In this document: one piece after another, positions 46,105 to 48,665 of the stretch
How the letters are laid out: each line of letters begins with the position of its first letter
How positions within the stretch are numbered: position 1 is the stretch's first letter
Virus record (IMG/VR): IMGVR_UViG_3300012913_000003
Span: 1-48,665 of that record
DNA from: a virus
Lineage: Duplodnaviria; Caudoviricetes
Reading direction: 5' to 3' (one strand)
DNA: 48,665 nucleotides
The notes under the pieces: model-generated
The model's input: only the letters and a program-made list of their open reading frames with translations
Told to the model about the DNA's origin: nothing
Databases searched by the model: none
Made by a program: the position numbers and the translations under genes

Positions 46105-46406
46105 TCCACGAACTGAAGACCTGGCCCGGCTACTTCGAGCGAATCGTCAACGGCTCCAAGACCTTCGAAATCCGACGCAACGATCGCGGCTTTCAGGCCG
46201 GTGACGTCCTGCGCCTACGCGAGTACGAACCGGCAGGCGACCACGACGAATGCCCGGACACCCGCTGCACGGGCAGGCGCTACAGCGGGCGCGAGGTGCT
46301 CCGAAGCGTCGGCTTCGTTGCTGCGGGTCGACTCTTCGGCCTCGACCTCGGTGAGCACGTTGTGTTGTCGCTGGTTCCGCCTCACGACGCCGAGGTGACC
46401 CCGTGA
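46101..46406 (+). CDS. ASCH/PUA-like (DUF3850-type) protein
   Basis: IHELKTWPGYF...GSKTFEIRRNDRGFQAGDVLRLREY. Confidence 0.8.
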   Translation: MIHELKTWPGYFERIVNGSKTFEIRRNDRGFQAGDVLRLREYEPAGDHDECPDTRCTGRRYSGREVLRSVGFVAAGRLFGLDLGEHVVLSLVPPHDAEVTP

Positions 46407-46648
46407 TTCGCCTGACCGACCCCACGCGCATCGGGCCCGCCCTCGCCGAGGTGCGCAACCTGCAACTCACCACCCGGCGCCAGCTCGCCCGCACCATCGC
46501 CGCCGCCACCGGACGCACCGAGACCTCCGTCAACGCCCAGCTGTGGACCTGGGACGTCGGCACCCGCAAACCCGACCTGGCGTCGCTCGGCGTGCTCCTC
46601 GACGCCCTCGGCTACGACCTGGCCCTCGTGCCCCGGGAGACGCCGTGA
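46403..46648 (+). CDS. XRE-like HTH protein
   Basis: LAEVRNLQLTTRRQLAR...PDLASLGVLLDALGYDLALVP. Confidence 0.65.
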   Translation: MIRLTDPTRIGPALAEVRNLQLTTRRQLARTIAAATGRTETSVNAQLWTWDVGTRKPDLASLGVLLDALGYDLALVPRETP

Positions 46649-46905
46649 GCTTCGTACGGTTCGGTGCCGACAGCCAGGTCTACATCTACGACGACGTGCG
46701 CGGATACAAGATCTGCTGCTTCTGCGGCCTGGCCAAGATCACCCCAGCGCCCACGGAGGACGACCCGGACGCCATCCACTGGGACGACTTCCACACCACC
46801 GACCTCGACGCCATGCTCGCCCACGTTGGCGAGCACCGGGCCGCCGGACACATGGTGCCCAAGTGGGTCGACCAGGCACTACGCGACGAATGGGAGACGC
46901 CGTGA
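46645..46905 (+). CDS. Hypothetical Zn-binding protein
   Basis: CCFC...H...H; flanked by a 16-bp direct repeat. Confidence 0.6.
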   Translation: MSFVRFGADSQVYIYDDVRGYKICCFCGLAKITPAPTEDDPDAIHWDDFHTTDLDAMLAHVGEHRAAGHMVPKWVDQALRDEWETP

Positions 46906-47810
46906 GCGCCACCTGTGTGCGGTGCTCTCGGCCGATGGCGGACTCGGCCTACGCCTGCACCGACGAGACGCGTAAGGCAGCCGAGCAGCTCCGGCAGATC
47001 ACCGAGACCGTCCCCGCCGCCCGCGACGTCGCACACGGGCTCAGCAGGCGGGGCGGAGGTGACACCAGCGGCAAGCCCGGGTCGCGTCTGCCCCTCGACC
47101 TGGGCGCGATGGCCAAGCTCGACGCGGTGCAGGCCGAGCTGACGACGTGGGCCCGGGCGACGGCCGAGGAGCGCATCGGGCACACGCTCAAGCACGTCGG
47201 GACCGATCCGATCCTGCACGCCGTCGGCTACCTGCTGGCCAACCTGGAGTGGTGGCGGCACCGGGCCGAGGTGGACGAGTTCCTGGGCGACGTGGAGGCG
47301 TGCGCCCGGATCGTGGCCGGGATCGCGCGGGGGCCGGCGCCGCAGCGGTACCTCGGGCCGTGCGGGGCAGCGCGGGAGCACGGCGGCCTCTGCGGACGAG
47401 GCAAGGCTGACCCCTGCTTCGAGGACGACTTCACCGCCGAGTGCGACTGCTGGTGCCACAAGGGCGAGCCCGAGATCTGCGATGGCGACATCTACGCCCG
47501 CGAAGGGGCCTCAAACGGCGCGTGCCGCCTCTGTGGGGCTCAGGTGTCCACTGACGCACGGCGGGCCTGGCTGGACGCTGAGGCGCGCTCACACGCCTAC
47601 ACGGCCGCCGAGATCGCCGCCGCCTACCCGATCAAGGCCAACACCATCCGGCAATGGCTGTCACGAGGGCTGCTCGTGCAGCACGGGGAACTGGACGGGC
47701 GGCCGCTGCTGCTGCTCGGCGACGTCCTCGACCTGGCCGCCGGCGACGCAGCCCGACGCGAAACCGCACGAGCCGAACGGGCACGACGCAAGGAGGCGAG
47801 CGCAGCATGA
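46902..47810 (+). CDS. Zn-finger plus C-terminal HTH protein (candidate late-gene regulator)
   Basis: CxxC pairs; YTAAEIAAAYPIKANTIRQWLSRG HTH; lies near the end of the early operon. Confidence 0.6.
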   Translation: MSATCVRCSRPMADSAYACTDETRKAAEQLRQITETVPAARDVAHGLSRRGGGDTSGKPGSRLPLDLGAMAKLDAVQAELTTWARATAEERIGHTLKHVGTDPILHAVGYLLANLEWWRHRAEVDEFLGDVEACARIVAGIARGPAPQRYLGPCGAAREHGGLCGRGKADPCFEDDFTAECDCWCHKGEPEICDGDIYAREGASNGACRLCGAQVSTDARRAWLDAEARSHAYTAAEIAAAYPIKANTIRQWLSRGLLVQHGELDGRPLLLLGDVLDLAAGDAARRETARAERARRKEASAA

Positions 47811-48073
47811 GTATCTGGTCCAGCACGCCCGAGGACGTTCCGGCCATCGACATGCACGACCCGCGCGCCGACCAGTACGCAGGGACCGGGCCCGTGGAGT
47901 GCAACATCGACGTAGCGACCGCGCGGTCATGGCACGGCATGATCCGGATCAGCGCGTACTCCGAGGGAACCACGCCTGCGTTGGACGCCGAGTTCATGCT
48001 GACGCATGACGCGGCGGCGGCCCTGATGCGCAACCTTGGTCGAGCACTGTCAGCGGTGGTTGACGGGGCTTGA
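47807..48073 (+). CDS. Hypothetical protein
   Basis: ATGA overlap, RBS AAGGAGG. Confidence 0.55.
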   Translation: MSIWSSTPEDVPAIDMHDPRADQYAGTGPVECNIDVATARSWHGMIRISAYSEGTTPALDAEFMLTHDAAAALMRNLGRALSAVVDGA

Positions 48074-48131
48074 TCCTCAGCGCTACTGTCACGCCTGTCT
48101 GGAGCGGTAGTCTGCCCAAACGCCAACATCG

Positions 48132-48156
48132 GGCCCCGCCTCACAGCGGGGCCTTC
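48132..48156 (+). terminator. Stem-loop after the early operon
   Basis: GGCCCCGC-CTCACA-GCGGGGCC-TTC. Confidence 0.55.
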
Positions 48157-48227
48157 GTCGTCTCCGGGGGTGGGGAGATGGAACCCCGGGCCTGATCACC
48201 TCGGGGCTCCGTCACACAGGAGGGCCC

Positions 48228-48572
48228 ATGCCCACCCGCCCCTGCCTCGGGCTACCCGGTCAGCCCTGCACCCGCCTCACCTCCCGCCCCGACTCCCGCT
48301 GCGACCAGTGCGCCAGCAGGCGAGGGCAGGCCCGGGACGCGGCACGGGGCAGCCGGCACCAGCGCGGGTACGGCAGCGGGCATGACGCCGTGCGTGCTGC
48401 CCTGCTGGCCAGGCTCAGGCCAGGTGCGACGTGCGACCGATGTGGTCAGCCGATGTACGCGAGCCAGGACCTGGACGCTGCGCACCCACATGACGCTCCA
48501 CTGCGTACGCATCGCAGCTCGGTCGCTGACCACCTTGAGCACTCGCACTGCAACCGCGGTGCACAGGACTGA
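48228..48572 (+). CDS. Packaging-associated HNH endonuclease
   Basis: RGYGSGH, CDRCG, LDAAH...EHSHCNR; last gene before terS in the circular order. Confidence 0.8.
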   Translation: MPTRPCLGLPGQPCTRLTSRPDSRCDQCASRRGQARDAARGSRHQRGYGSGHDAVRAALLARLRPGATCDRCGQPMYASQDLDAAHPHDAPLRTHRSSVADHLEHSHCNRGAQD

Positions 48573-48665
48573 GGATCGTCACGCTGCGCTATGTGACTGG
48601 CGAGAGGCCGGGTCGCGCAGGGTAGGGGGGTGGGCCGATCACGCAAAACGGACAGGCCAAGAGGA

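Noticed and set aside
1-48665. tRNA genes, IS elements, reverse transcriptase/DGR, parAB
   Set aside because: None recognisable by eye. A tRNAscan/HMM search would be needed to exclude them formally.

Overview
The window looks like an essentially complete, high-GC temperate actinobacterial siphovirus genome. The host is probably a filamentous actinomycete (inference). It is linearised between the terminal HNH gene and terS. Gene order: terS/terL, portal, HK97-type protease, capsid, a five-gene sugar-modification block (2 glycosyltransferases, 2 SAM methyltransferases, 1 NDP-sugar epimerase), head-tail and tail genes, lysis genes, a leftward plasmid-type conjugation module (TraB/FtsK-like translocase, Spd-like membrane protein, RHH regulator with palindromic operators), a short tyrosine recombinase, the repressor/Cro switch, and a long early operon (exonuclease, ERF, HNH, replication initiator with internal iterons, many small genes). 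The standout is 32708-34641, directly after cro. A lone Cas7/RAMP-like gene (33970-34641) follows a roughly 730-nt non-CRISPR array. The array has about 16 units bounded by CCGACTNCCC, each built from 5-nt modules NN-(C)CC (GG(G)-NN on the other strand). This fits a phage-encoded RNA-guided system with a non-contiguous dinucleotide code (VIPR-like). All product calls come from motif recognition and synteny; no database searches were run.
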